Source of the DNA: a virus
Reading direction: 5' to 3' (one strand)
DNA length: 64,000 bases
IMG/VR virus record: IMGVR_UViG_3300025732_000023
Location: 1 to 64,000 of that record
Shown: positions 54,844-64,000 of the stretch, one piece after another
Numbering within the stretch: position 1 is the stretch's first letter
How the letters are laid out: each line of letters opens with the position of its first letter
Notes under the pieces: model-generated
What the model was told of the DNA's origin: nothing
Seen by the model: only the letters and a program-made list of their open reading frames with translations
Database searches by the model: none
Translations under genes and position numbers: made by a program

Positions 54844-56550
54844 TTATATCTCAGCCTTTTTAGCGTCTTTCTGCATTTGGGCGTCTGTTACACTTGCTTG
54901 TGCATCTAGACCTGGCTCTGTTGGAATCTCGCCCATTCCCATTGCATCTTGACCCATTCCTGCCATACCATTTCCTTCACCAGGTTGGGGTAATGGAGCA
55001 CCAGTAATTGGATCAATCATCGAAGGATCTGGAAGAATTCCTTTTTGAATTTCATCCTCAATCTGCTCATCGATTTCAATAATCTCTACATCAGTTTGAC
55101 GAAGAATTTTCTTTCTTACATATTCAGTAGAGAAATATTTTCCAATATAAGGTTCAATCGTCGCAAGTGTACCTAAACGACCATTCAGAAGTTCAGATTC
55201 TTTAAGTTCTGCGAATTGATTGTCATATAGAAAATCATATTGAATATGATCTGACATTACATCCCAGTCTTCTGGACTGACAATATTTTTAAGAATCAAT
55301 TGAGTCTTCAACATATCATTGAACATTTGAGCAAATCTTTTTCTCAAACGTCCTACGAACTTAGCAAATTTAAGTTCATCTCTCAGAATTTCTGATGATC
55401 TTCCAAGATTAAATCCATCACCACTTCCAGCAATTCTTGATTCTGGAACTCCAAGTGCTCTATACAGTTTTTTCTGGAAGTATTCAATATCGGCAAGTTC
55501 TCCAAGATTTTGCCCACCAGGAAGAGTGGTGATTTCAGTTCCTCTACCACCTTCACGGCGAGGTAACCAGAAATCTTCCATCATAGACATAAACTTGCGA
55601 TCATCACGAACTTCACCAGTTGAAGCATCATAGACAAGTTTATTTCTATAACGAGACATAACCTCTTTAAGGTATTGTTCCGCTTTTACCTTTGGAAGAT
55701 TGCCAACATCAATATAGAAAATTCTTCTTTCAGGTGCTCTTGACAATCTGTAAATAACAAGAGAGTCCTCAATCATTCTCAGTTGATTGAGTGCTTTGAT
55801 TGCTTTATGGAGATAAGAGAGAACAGTATTTTTGTTTCTATCTACAAGACCAGAAGTGCAATATACAACCGAGTCTTTTGCAATCTTTACTGACTTACCA
55901 GCACCTGCACCAGAAATCATTCCTGTTGGATAATTTGGTGTTGGTGTATATAAGAAATACTCTTCAAATTCTGGACTATGTGGTAGAGAATTTTCGTTAT
56001 TTTTTAAGTTTACTCTGACGTAAGGATCTTTATTATTTTTCTTTTCCTGACGAATATACTTCATTTTCATCGGATCAATGTATCTTAGATCCTGAATTCC
56101 TGCCTGAGGATTCTTAAGATCAATGACCTTCAAATAATAAATTCTTCCATCAATATACCAGTTTCTAAAAATCTCATGGCACTTTCTATCAAAGTCCATG
56201 ATTTCTTTTAGATATCTAAATTCTTCTCTTATTTTCTTTTTGAGTGATTCGCTGGCATTTAGATTGGAAAGTTCAATCTCTACCGGCGAATCATATAGAT
56301 CACTAACCAATGCTTCATTAACAACATCTTCAATGGCACCATCACACTCTGGGTGAAGTGCCATTTCTCTATATCTTTTAATTAAATCATGCTCTGTTCG
56401 ATAGACTCCTTCAATATCAATATATTGACCATAAAATCCACTAGCAATATAATTATCAACCCCGTCCTCATTGGTTTGAGGAACGGGGGATACTACCGAA
56501 GGAGATTGGTTTTTGTTACTATCAATAGAAAAACCAAAAAGTTTTGCCAT
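54844..56550 (-). CDS. g20: portal protein gp20
   Basis: RAPERRIFYIDVGNLPK, EDFWLPRREGGRGTEI. Confidence 0.97.
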   Translation of the reverse strand: MAKLFGFSIDSNKNQSPSVVSPVPQTNEDGVDNYIASGFYGQYIDIEGVYRTEHDLIKRYREMALHPECDGAIEDVVNEALVSDLYDSPVEIELSNLNASESLKKKIREEFRYLKEIMDFDRKCHEIFRNWYIDGRIYYLKVIDLKNPQAGIQDLRYIDPMKMKYIRQEKKNNKDPYVRVNLKNNENSLPHSPEFEEYFLYTPTPNYPTGMISGAGAGKSVKIAKDSVVYCTSGLVDRNKNTVLSYLHKAIKALNQLRMIEDSLVIYRLSRAPERRIFYIDVGNLPKVKAEQYLKEVMSRYRNKLVYDASTGEVRDDRKFMSMMEDFWLPRREGGRGTEITTLPGGQNLGELADIEYFQKKLYRALGVPESRIAGSGDGFNLGRSSEILRDELKFAKFVGRLRKRFAQMFNDMLKTQLILKNIVSPEDWDVMSDHIQYDFLYDNQFAELKESELLNGRLGTLATIEPYIGKYFSTEYVRKKILRQTDVEIIEIDEQIEDEIQKGILPDPSMIDPITGAPLPQPGEGNGMAGMGQDAMGMGEIPTEPGLDAQASVTDAQMQKDAKKAEI

Positions 56551-56581
56551 AGTATAATCTTTTGACTCTTTATTCTATTAT

Positions 56582-57172
56582 TTAGTTAATATCTTCACCA
56601 CCAGCATTTGTGCCAGTTCCTTTAATTGCTTCCCACCAAAGAACTTGAAGTTCTACGGTAAACTCTTCGATACCCTGAGCATCATATGAAAGTTCAATAG
56701 GAGATACCTGAGTTGGGAACAAATCATACATTCTATATGATCTGAGTACAGATCCGTCACGATCTAATTGATAAACATAAGCATCAGACTGATAATCTGC
56801 TGGGTTGGTTAAACCAGTGTTATCGGACAATCTGTTAAATGTATTCATCCACTTTTCAAAAGCGGAACGAATAGAGAAATCAGTGTCGTTGATAACGGTA
56901 ACAGTCCAAGAATCAAAGGTTCTGTCTCCTGCAACTTTTAGAATTCTACCTCTAAAAGGAACATCGATTGGGGCAACGTTTGATGCAGGTAAGTTAGCTG
57001 CCTTGATCAAGAATCTAGACTTTTCAACTGTTGTTGTATTTGGAGTAGCAGCATCTGGGAAAGTAAGGACAACCTCAAAGAGGTTAGGGCGAGCACCACC
57101 ACCCGTTAACTTATTTTTAAAGTCGGTGATCTTCCTTAGTGGGGGTGGATTAATTTGATTTCTAGCTGGCAT
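56582..57172 (-). CDS. g19: tail tube protein gp19
   Basis: GGARPNLFEV, VAGDRTFDSWTVTVINDTDF. Confidence 0.94.
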   Translation of the reverse strand: MPARNQINPPPLRKITDFKNKLTGGGARPNLFEVVLTFPDAATPNTTTVEKSRFLIKAANLPASNVAPIDVPFRGRILKVAGDRTFDSWTVTVINDTDFSIRSAFEKWMNTFNRLSDNTGLTNPADYQSDAYVYQLDRDGSVLRSYRMYDLFPTQVSPIELSYDAQGIEEFTVELQVLWWEAIKGTGTNAGGEDIN

Positions 57173-57193
57173 AGTTCTAAACCTCTAGTTTAA

Positions 57194-59362
57194 TTAAACG
57201 GAACCGATTACTTCTTCAAATGCAACACCAGTTCTGGTGGCAATGAAGGTTAGACCGATGAAGTTAATCGATCTTGCTGGTTTGATGTAAATGTCTGCGA
57301 TGAATTCATTCGCATCAATGATTTCCCCAGTGTTGTTTGTCTCATCACAAATAACAACATAATCAAAGATACCTCTCTTGGACTGAACATCGCGTAGGAA
57401 AGGTTCAACAATATTTACAAAACTGGTTCTTGTAATTTCATCGTTGAATTCAAAGAGGAAGTCCTTAGCGGCAAAAGAAATTGCATCTTCCAGATAGATG
57501 AAGAGTCTGCGAACGTTGATTCTATCGAACGCCGATGACTTACCATATCCAGTCTTGTCACCGAAGAGAACAATTCCTGCACCTGGTGAGAAGATTACTG
57601 GGTTAATTCTGTTTGAATACAGAATGTCTCTTTGTCTTCTACCTGGATTATATGCAAGTTTAACTGCATTTAGAATTGCTCCTCTTGAAGTTCCTGCGGG
57701 AGAGAACCATGGGAACTGTTGAATATCAGTTCTTGCACAGCATCCAGCAACATCTCCATTCAGTGGAACATATCTAAACGTATCATTAAATCTGTCATAC
57801 ATGTACTTATAACCACTATCAAAAATTCCATAAGTTGTTGAGGTTACTGGTGCATAGAAACTTACGACATTATCTGTAATAGTATCAATATTGTTTACAG
57901 TAACTGTTCCAACAGAGGAATCATTCAAGAATGCTTGTCTATATGGTGAAATAAATGCAACAGCGTCTTTTCTATATTCTGCAATTGCAACGCAAGCATT
58001 TGCCAATGCCTGTGCTTCATCCTTTCTATAATTTGCTGATCCCATTAGAATGAAATCAACTTCAATTTCCTCAGTGTTCTCAAACAGTTCAAGACCACTT
58101 ATAATATCATCTAACCCAGAATATAATGCCCCTGTTGTTAGTAGATCAGTTTTTCCTTGATAATTTAAACCACCTGCAAGAGTATAGGTATTTGCTCCTG
58201 CCCCAGCAAAAATTACGTTTTGTGCAGGTTGATCCCATCCAGTATCGTCATTTAGTTCGAACTGTGCGACACCATTTCCACTGAATCCAGTGGTAACAAT
58301 TCCAACTGGTTCTGATCCACCAAAAACATATCTTGAATTAGTTTCAAGATATTTTCTCCAATAAGAAGTACTTCCTACTGAATATTCTGCATCATTTGCT
58401 TTCGAAAGAGCAAGATGCTTTTCTAAGATTGTACCGGCATTACCAGTAATTGCTCCTTTGTCATCAATGACAACAACGTGGATTTCATCGAATCTTCCAC
58501 CTCTTCCAGAAACAAACGCCGAAGTTCCAGGTTTATTTGCAATCGAATCCCAATCAATCTTACCTACACTTAGAGTGATTGATTGATTTTCAAACCAATC
58601 TTTTTCTCCAGTATACGATCTACTTGTAAATGCAGTTCCTACACCATTTGTGTGGATTGCGACTGCTCCAGTTTGTGGAAGTGCGTATATTCCATTCTGT
58701 TGATAATCAACATTTACCATACCGCCAGTTGCGGTTACGACACCCACCAGTTTGGTTGAAATTTCACCAGCACCAACTTCGGTAATAATTCCTTTGAAGT
58801 AACCACCAATGAGTGATGTTATACCAATTCCAGGTAAAACTGTTCCATTAGGAATTGCAACGGTAAATCCATATCCAACTTGAACATTGGATGTAGAAAT
58901 ACCTGTCAGAATTTGATCTGCTTTTCCATCAATGATTGCAACCTTAACACCATTCGCCCATGTTCCTGGGTTTTTGGCTACAAAAGTAAAGTTAGGAATA
59001 ATGTTTAGATCATAACCTAATTGAACATAATGCTCTTCACTCTTAATCTTGATGCTGCTACCTGCACCGACAAAAGCATTTTTTAACTGTTGATCATCTG
59101 CTCTTACAACTCTCATCAATCCGCCATAAGCGAGATATGATGACGCAACCATCCAGTGCTCGTAGTGCTTATCAACCGAATATGGTTGTCCAAAAGTTTG
59201 ATACAGGTCGTTCTCGTTTTCTATTAGTTGAGGAACACCAACAGGTCCTTTCGCAAAAGGAGCTACAATACCAGCAATTGACCCAGAAACTGGATCAATT
59301 CTTCCAATAGTTAAATCAACCTCTCTTACTAGAATTCCAGGAGATGCTAAATTTAGAGGCAT
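57194..59362 (-). CDS. g18: tail sheath protein gp18
   Basis: SPGILVREVDLT, WFSPAG, FDRINVRRLF, IKPARSINFI. Confidence 0.96.
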   Translation of the reverse strand: MPLNLASPGILVREVDLTIGRIDPVSGSIAGIVAPFAKGPVGVPQLIENENDLYQTFGQPYSVDKHYEHWMVASSYLAYGGLMRVVRADDQQLKNAFVGAGSSIKIKSEEHYVQLGYDLNIIPNFTFVAKNPGTWANGVKVAIIDGKADQILTGISTSNVQVGYGFTVAIPNGTVLPGIGITSLIGGYFKGIITEVGAGEISTKLVGVVTATGGMVNVDYQQNGIYALPQTGAVAIHTNGVGTAFTSRSYTGEKDWFENQSITLSVGKIDWDSIANKPGTSAFVSGRGGRFDEIHVVVIDDKGAITGNAGTILEKHLALSKANDAEYSVGSTSYWRKYLETNSRYVFGGSEPVGIVTTGFSGNGVAQFELNDDTGWDQPAQNVIFAGAGANTYTLAGGLNYQGKTDLLTTGALYSGLDDIISGLELFENTEEIEVDFILMGSANYRKDEAQALANACVAIAEYRKDAVAFISPYRQAFLNDSSVGTVTVNNIDTITDNVVSFYAPVTSTTYGIFDSGYKYMYDRFNDTFRYVPLNGDVAGCCARTDIQQFPWFSPAGTSRGAILNAVKLAYNPGRRQRDILYSNRINPVIFSPGAGIVLFGDKTGYGKSSAFDRINVRRLFIYLEDAISFAAKDFLFEFNDEITRTSFVNIVEPFLRDVQSKRGIFDYVVICDETNNTGEIIDANEFIADIYIKPARSINFIGLTFIATRTGVAFEEVIGSV

Positions 59363-59442
59363 CTTTATTCTCCATCCAGAATTAATCTAAAAATATTTAT
59401 TAAAAAGACTACTTTCATTGGGGAAACTGTGCATGAACACCT

Positions 59443-59685
59443 CTACCAATCAGGATATTCCCAATTTATGTGTTCAATCTTAGATTTTCTCTTTTTTATA
59501 ATTCTCTTTTTAGTACACTCTTTGCATTCGTATGAGTACGCTGATGGAAAAATACCTCTTCCTTTTCTAGTAAGATAAAAGTCATCTATCAGACTTTTAG
59601 TCTTTTTGCAGACCCTGCATTGGCGTTCTAAAAAAAGTAGGTGTTGAGTATTGAGTTGATCATCTATGTCTATATCGAAATCCAT
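59443..59685 (-). CDS. small zinc-finger protein
   Basis: CRVC...YSYECKEC; likely ATG at 59685 overlapping the g17 stop. Confidence 0.7.
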   Translation of the reverse strand: MDFDIDIDDQLNTQHLLFLERQCRVCKKTKSLIDDFYLTRKGRGIFPSAYSYECKECTKKRIIKKRKSKIEHINWEYPDW

Positions 59686-61370
59686 TATCGATAGTCCCAC
59701 ATATAAGACCTATCACCATACTCATCCAAATTCCAAACTTCTAAATTATTTCCATTTGATGCTGCACTCATCCATCTGTCACCTGTTTTTTCATCAACAA
59801 AAATATCTTCATCTAAACCGTCAAGGATAAATCCAAATGGTGCCATATCTTGTTCGATTTGATTCTTCTGCTCTTCATAGATTCTCTTGCGGACATCATT
59901 ATCCGTCATTTCTTTGAAGTAGTCCTGAGCAACTAACCAAGAGAATATAACAAGACACATTGCCAAGTCATCATTACAACCTTCTTCTGCTTCGAATGAA
60001 TTATGCCTCTGTGCAAATGTTGTAAGTTCTGATATAATGTCATAATCAACAGTCAGTAACTTATCATCTTCTAATAAAGTTTTTAAGTTAGAGCATCCCA
60101 ACTTTTTCACAGCGGAAGTCATTCTCACTCCCAATTGTGACTTCTTTCCACTAAATCCAGATCCCACAATTTGACCTGCACGTCCCCTCATAGCGCACAT
60201 CAAAACATTATCATACTCAAGATCAAAGTGAAGGATACTTGCAACTTGATCACCAATATCATTGACCTCAATTAATAACCAAGCATCATTGTATGCTTTT
60301 GCAACTTCGTTAATAATGCTAGGAAATAGCATTGGTTTAATTTCATTATTTCTGTATTTCGCAACAACTTTATATGGAAACTGGGTAATATCAAAAACAA
60401 TAAATGCTGAGTAATCGTTACCCATTCCACGGGCAACGTCAACTGTGATCAGATAATTATTTTCTTCTATTGGATTTTGATAAATGTCTAATCCAGCATT
60501 TCTCTTTATTGGATCTTCATATACCAGGTTTCTTAATTTTGATGGATTGATAAGTGTATTAACAGATCCTAAGAATTCACATTCAAACTCAACTTTGAAC
60601 TGCTGTTCAGAAGTGTTGGCAATAGTCTGCTCTTTCCACTTCTCGTCCCTACCAGGAACTTCTGACCAATGAACATCAGTTGGAACATATTCATTCTTAT
60701 TACGTTCAGCATCGTGCCACATACGGTAGAAGTGATTCATACCACGTGGCGTTGAAACGATGATTACCTTCGTGCTTTGTCCAGAAGAAATAGTAGGATA
60801 AACAGAGGCAAAGAAGTCATCAGCAATGTGATTCGGGATGAAAGCGAACTCGTCAAGAAAGATGACATTATAGGATCCGCCTCGGACAGCAGATGAAGAA
60901 GTAGAGTTAGATGAAATCTTGGAGCCATTTTCTAATTCTAAACTACCTTTGTTCCATGATATAATACCTTGTTGCATCCACTTGGGCAAGTTTTCATAAG
61001 CAAGTTGCAATCTTCCAAGCAGATCTCTTGCAGTAGATGCTTTGTTCGCTAGAATAGCTATATTAACATTATCGTTGAAAACGGCATAATGTAACAAATA
61101 TGAAACACAAGTTGTTGACTTACCCGTCTGACGGGGCATCTTACAAATATTGAATCTGTTCTTATGAAAATTTTCGATTAGTTTCTCTTGAAATGGATAC
61201 ATCTCAAAAGGAACTAGACCGTGATCAAGAGATACGATTTTAATATAATTTCTTGCAAAATATACTGGATCTTCTTTACATTTTAAGAACTCAATAATTT
61301 GTTCTTCTGTAAATTCAATCTGAGTATTTGCTTTTTTTAAATTTGGATTGCCAAGATAAACTTCACTCAT
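59685..61370 (-). CDS. g17: terminase large subunit gp17
   Basis: PRQTGKST, FLDEFAF, VSTPRG, DVARG, NDDLAM. Confidence 0.97.
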   Translation of the reverse strand: MSEVYLGNPNLKKANTQIEFTEEQIIEFLKCKEDPVYFARNYIKIVSLDHGLVPFEMYPFQEKLIENFHKNRFNICKMPRQTGKSTTCVSYLLHYAVFNDNVNIAILANKASTARDLLGRLQLAYENLPKWMQQGIISWNKGSLELENGSKISSNSTSSSAVRGGSYNVIFLDEFAFIPNHIADDFFASVYPTISSGQSTKVIIVSTPRGMNHFYRMWHDAERNKNEYVPTDVHWSEVPGRDEKWKEQTIANTSEQQFKVEFECEFLGSVNTLINPSKLRNLVYEDPIKRNAGLDIYQNPIEENNYLITVDVARGMGNDYSAFIVFDITQFPYKVVAKYRNNEIKPMLFPSIINEVAKAYNDAWLLIEVNDIGDQVASILHFDLEYDNVLMCAMRGRAGQIVGSGFSGKKSQLGVRMTSAVKKLGCSNLKTLLEDDKLLTVDYDIISELTTFAQRHNSFEAEEGCNDDLAMCLVIFSWLVAQDYFKEMTDNDVRKRIYEEQKNQIEQDMAPFGFILDGLDEDIFVDEKTGDRWMSAASNGNNLEVWNLDEYGDRSYMWDYR

Positions 61371-61383
61371 AATAAAACTCCTT

Positions 61384-62976
61384 TTAATCTTCTACCCAAA
61401 TCAATGATGCAGAAGCAGCAGTCATATTACTTGTAGAAGAAACATAGATACTGATAAAATTATTAGGTGGAATATCAATACCCAAATCATTTAGACTTGC
61501 ATCCAGAGTTGCTCCGTCTGAAATATGAAATGCTGCTACTGGTTGATATGTTTGTGTTGCAGTCATTGCAAACAACCCAGCAGTGCTTTGTGTTGCATAA
61601 AGTGATGCATTAAATTCATTTGTTGGACTTATCCATCTAAAAAAGTTTGTTGTATTTGGATTTACATAAACATATATGATTGCTGGGTCTCCATTAGTAT
61701 TCACAGAAGCAGTAATTCTTTTTGGAATCAAGTCTCTGGTATTTACTTTATTCTGGAAAACCAATCTATTCTTAACTGATAGTATATGATACAAAGAACC
61801 AGGAGTGTTCATTGAATCAGTTCTTGAACCTGTTGCAGAGTAAGGCAATCTGGTTTGAACTACATTACCTTCAACTGCACCCATAAATGATGCACCTCTA
61901 CAAGTTACAACTCCACTTGTAGGAGAACCAAGATTTGCTGCGACATATCCAAGTTTGAGTGATGGATTATCTAAGTGTGGAGTTGTGTATCTATTGGAAT
62001 AGTGCTCGTGATGGAAGAAAATCATATCTCCATTCAGAGGATTTTCTACCGCATACCTCATCTCACCAGCACCCAACCAACGGAAGTTGATTTGATAGAT
62101 ATTCAGTTTTGATGGGTCTAGTGTAACACCAGAGTATCCAGTTCCATCAAGTTTATCTAAATTAAAGTCTTCTTGGAATGTCCAATTCTCCGTTTGTGCT
62201 ACACCTAGTTGTAAATGACTGGAAGTAAATGTAACTGTTGCGGTGCTGGTTACATTGTTGGTTCCGTTTTGGGCACCAAGAGATGTAGCAAGGAAAGTAA
62301 TCTTTGTTTGGTCGTATTCTGCGAGATATAAAGCATTAAAGAGTGCTTGTGCTCTTAGTCCCTGAACGAGTTGTGCAATATTTCCAGCAATAGTTCCAGT
62401 ACTTAAAGTTACCGCAGTAAATGCAGTCCCATTTATAGTCACAGTTACATTACCATCATCAAGTGCAGTAAATGTAAATTGGTGAATGTGTGCCTTACCA
62501 CCAGTCGCACGAAGAATACCAAACTGGCCATTCGTATGAGCATAACCAATTTGAAGAGCATTTTCTTGATTGAAGAATCCTACTCTCTGAGTAAAACCTA
62601 CTGGGTTATTTGAGAATGATGCGGTAAATCTACCAACTACACCTTGTCCTGGACGATACCTAAGAAAGTTATTACTTCTTATAACACCATAAGAGTTTGC
62701 ATCTGTTCCACAACCAACCTTAAAAGTGTTATTTTCGTGAGTTGCAATTCCACTATTACTAAACTTAAAAGTCTCAAAGTTTCTTGGATCTAATCCATAA
62801 ATCGCATCACCCTGAATTTTGGGTGTGAGGGGAATTGCTAGATTTTCTCCAAATGCAGACTTGGAACAAGCACTCTCATTTAGAATATTTCCATACTCAT
62901 CAGCACGGAGATAAACCTCATGAAGTGTTCGTTCTTGATTTAAATAATCTTGTGTAGACTTATTCCACTGAGCCAT
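61384..62976 (-). CDS. beta-rich hypothetical (probable virion) protein
   Basis: 530 aa; RYRPGQG and FRWLGAG motifs; late-gene context. Confidence 0.6.
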   Translation of the reverse strand: MAQWNKSTQDYLNQERTLHEVYLRADEYGNILNESACSKSAFGENLAIPLTPKIQGDAIYGLDPRNFETFKFSNSGIATHENNTFKVGCGTDANSYGVIRSNNFLRYRPGQGVVGRFTASFSNNPVGFTQRVGFFNQENALQIGYAHTNGQFGILRATGGKAHIHQFTFTALDDGNVTVTINGTAFTAVTLSTGTIAGNIAQLVQGLRAQALFNALYLAEYDQTKITFLATSLGAQNGTNNVTSTATVTFTSSHLQLGVAQTENWTFQEDFNLDKLDGTGYSGVTLDPSKLNIYQINFRWLGAGEMRYAVENPLNGDMIFFHHEHYSNRYTTPHLDNPSLKLGYVAANLGSPTSGVVTCRGASFMGAVEGNVVQTRLPYSATGSRTDSMNTPGSLYHILSVKNRLVFQNKVNTRDLIPKRITASVNTNGDPAIIYVYVNPNTTNFFRWISPTNEFNASLYATQSTAGLFAMTATQTYQPVAAFHISDGATLDASLNDLGIDIPPNNFISIYVSSTSNMTAASASLIWVED

Positions 62977-62979
62977 GAA

Positions 62980-63291
62980 TCACTCACTCCACGATAATCT
63001 TTCTGGACGATACCTTTGTGAACTTTTAATATTTAAAGAACCAGATGTTACTGGGTAAATATTGTGAACAATAGCACCTGGATATTCTCCTTGAAGTTGC
63101 TCTGCAAGTTCATTTTTGGAAGGCATAGAACCTTCTATCTCCATTCTATATATTTTACCTTCCCAAACTACATCTGCGAAGTATGATTCTACGGCAGATT
63201 CTGGTTGGGAAGATCCTCCTACATTTAGAGTTCCGTTGAAATCACCATTAATAGTGATACTTTCTGATAAAAACTTTTTGAAAGATTTCAT
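62980..63291 (-). CDS. hypothetical protein with capsid-targeting-like N-terminus
   Basis: MKSFKKFLSE start. Confidence 0.65.
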   Translation of the reverse strand: MKSFKKFLSESITINGDFNGTLNVGGSSQPESAVESYFADVVWEGKIYRMEIEGSMPSKNELAEQLQGEYPGAIVHNIYPVTSGSLNIKSSQRYRPERLSWSE

Positions 63292-63292
63292 T

Positions 63293-64000
63293 TTAGTTAC
63301 AGTTCCAACGACGGAGTGCTTTGTTGATTCTTGAATCTGGATCTCTTGCGGTTTTTGCTGAAGTCAGTTTTGATTTCATTCCTTTCATACGCCGGCAAAA
63401 ATTAGCACGACGCTTTGCTCTTTTTCCCTTTGGTTTCTTTTCAGTGACCGCAGTTTGAAGTTTTGAACCTGGATTCTCTTGGCGATAAGCATCAACTGCT
63501 GCTTGACTTAATCCATCAGTTTTATCTTTACGGTTGACCTTTTGCCAATCCTCACTGAGTTCTTCTCTCCAATTTGAAAACTGGTATTTTTCTTTCACAC
63601 TTCCTGCATAAGGCATAGTTATATTATATTCTTTTTTTGATCCGATCAATTCTGCCGGAAGTGAAAACATATCCCAGTATCTAGTTCCATATTTACATTC
63701 ATTTCTTAGTTCTAGTTTTTCACATTTGGGGCAATATCTATCTGGTCTTTCTCTAATTGGTGTATCCCAATCATATCCAAGTGCATCAGTGCTTTCTGAT
63801 TTAGTTCCCCAACTATCTGCTCCAACTTTGCGACACTTAACTAATGCACCAGATGCATATGCACTTGGCCAAACTTTATAACGTGACTTTACTTTATGAT
63901 AGCAAGCATCTTTCTTTTCTGAGACTACTTCACCTTCTGGTTCATAAGATTGTTTCAGCAAATCATTGATTCTACGATAATATTGTGGAGATCCATACTG
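63293..64000 (-). CDS. modular basic late protein, 5' end beyond the window
   Basis: Frame is open to 64000; KDACYHKVK...WPSAYASGALVKCRK and RRANFCRRMKG...RINKALRRWNC modules. Confidence 0.75.
   Translation of the reverse strand, partial: QYGSPQYYRRINDLLKQSYEPEGEVVSEKKDACYHKVKSRYKVWPSAYASGALVKCRKVGADSWGTKSESTDALGYDWDTPIRERPDRYCPKCEKLELRNECKYGTRYWDMFSLPAELIGSKKEYNITMPYAGSVKEKYQFSNWREELSEDWQKVNRKDKTDGLSQAAVDAYRQENPGSKLQTAVTEKKPKGKRAKRRANFCRRMKGMKSKLTSAKTARDPDSRINKALRRWNCN

Noticed and set aside
1-64000. Stop-codon reassignment
   Set aside because: Core genes are full length in the standard code, TAA, TAG and TGA all terminate genes, and there is no suppressor tRNA (the UAG anticodon reads CUA)

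Overview
This is a 64 kb segment of a T4-like cyanophage (cyanomyovirus, Kyanoviridae-type) genome, coded almost entirely on the minus strand in the standard genetic code. From right to left: packaging, tail and head genes (g17, g18, g19, g20, g21, g22, g23, g3); uvsY, uvsW and g55; g47 and g46; a CobS-like AAA ATPase with a vWA/metallopeptidase partner; the replication block (g45, g44, dam, g62, regA, hsp20, g43, uvsX, g41, mazG); a DUF401-like permease; tRNA-Ala(UGC) and a short-arm tRNA-Leu(UAG); a cytidyltransferase-like gene; g61 primase; nrdA, a GIY-YIG homing endonuclease cassette and nrdB; a block of low-complexity late proteins; a plus-strand island of putative virion/adhesin genes; and a lysis module (C39-like peptidase plus GH24 lysozyme) running off the left edge. 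The most notable observations are: (1) a dispersed, mosaic family of late proteins with T4-type capsid-targeting N-termini or an 'EAYxS(I/V)Y' N-terminus, a shared helical module and shuffled short modules, possibly a head-packaged, gp21-processed cargo system; (2) a duplicated nrdA C-terminal tail flanking the homing endonuclease cassette; (3) the same promoter plus 25-nt element at two loci 45 kb apart, one antisense; (4) a ROSE-like thermometer before hsp20; (5) a shared N-terminal domain on two different lysis enzymes. All functional calls come from motif recognition by eye; no searches were run.
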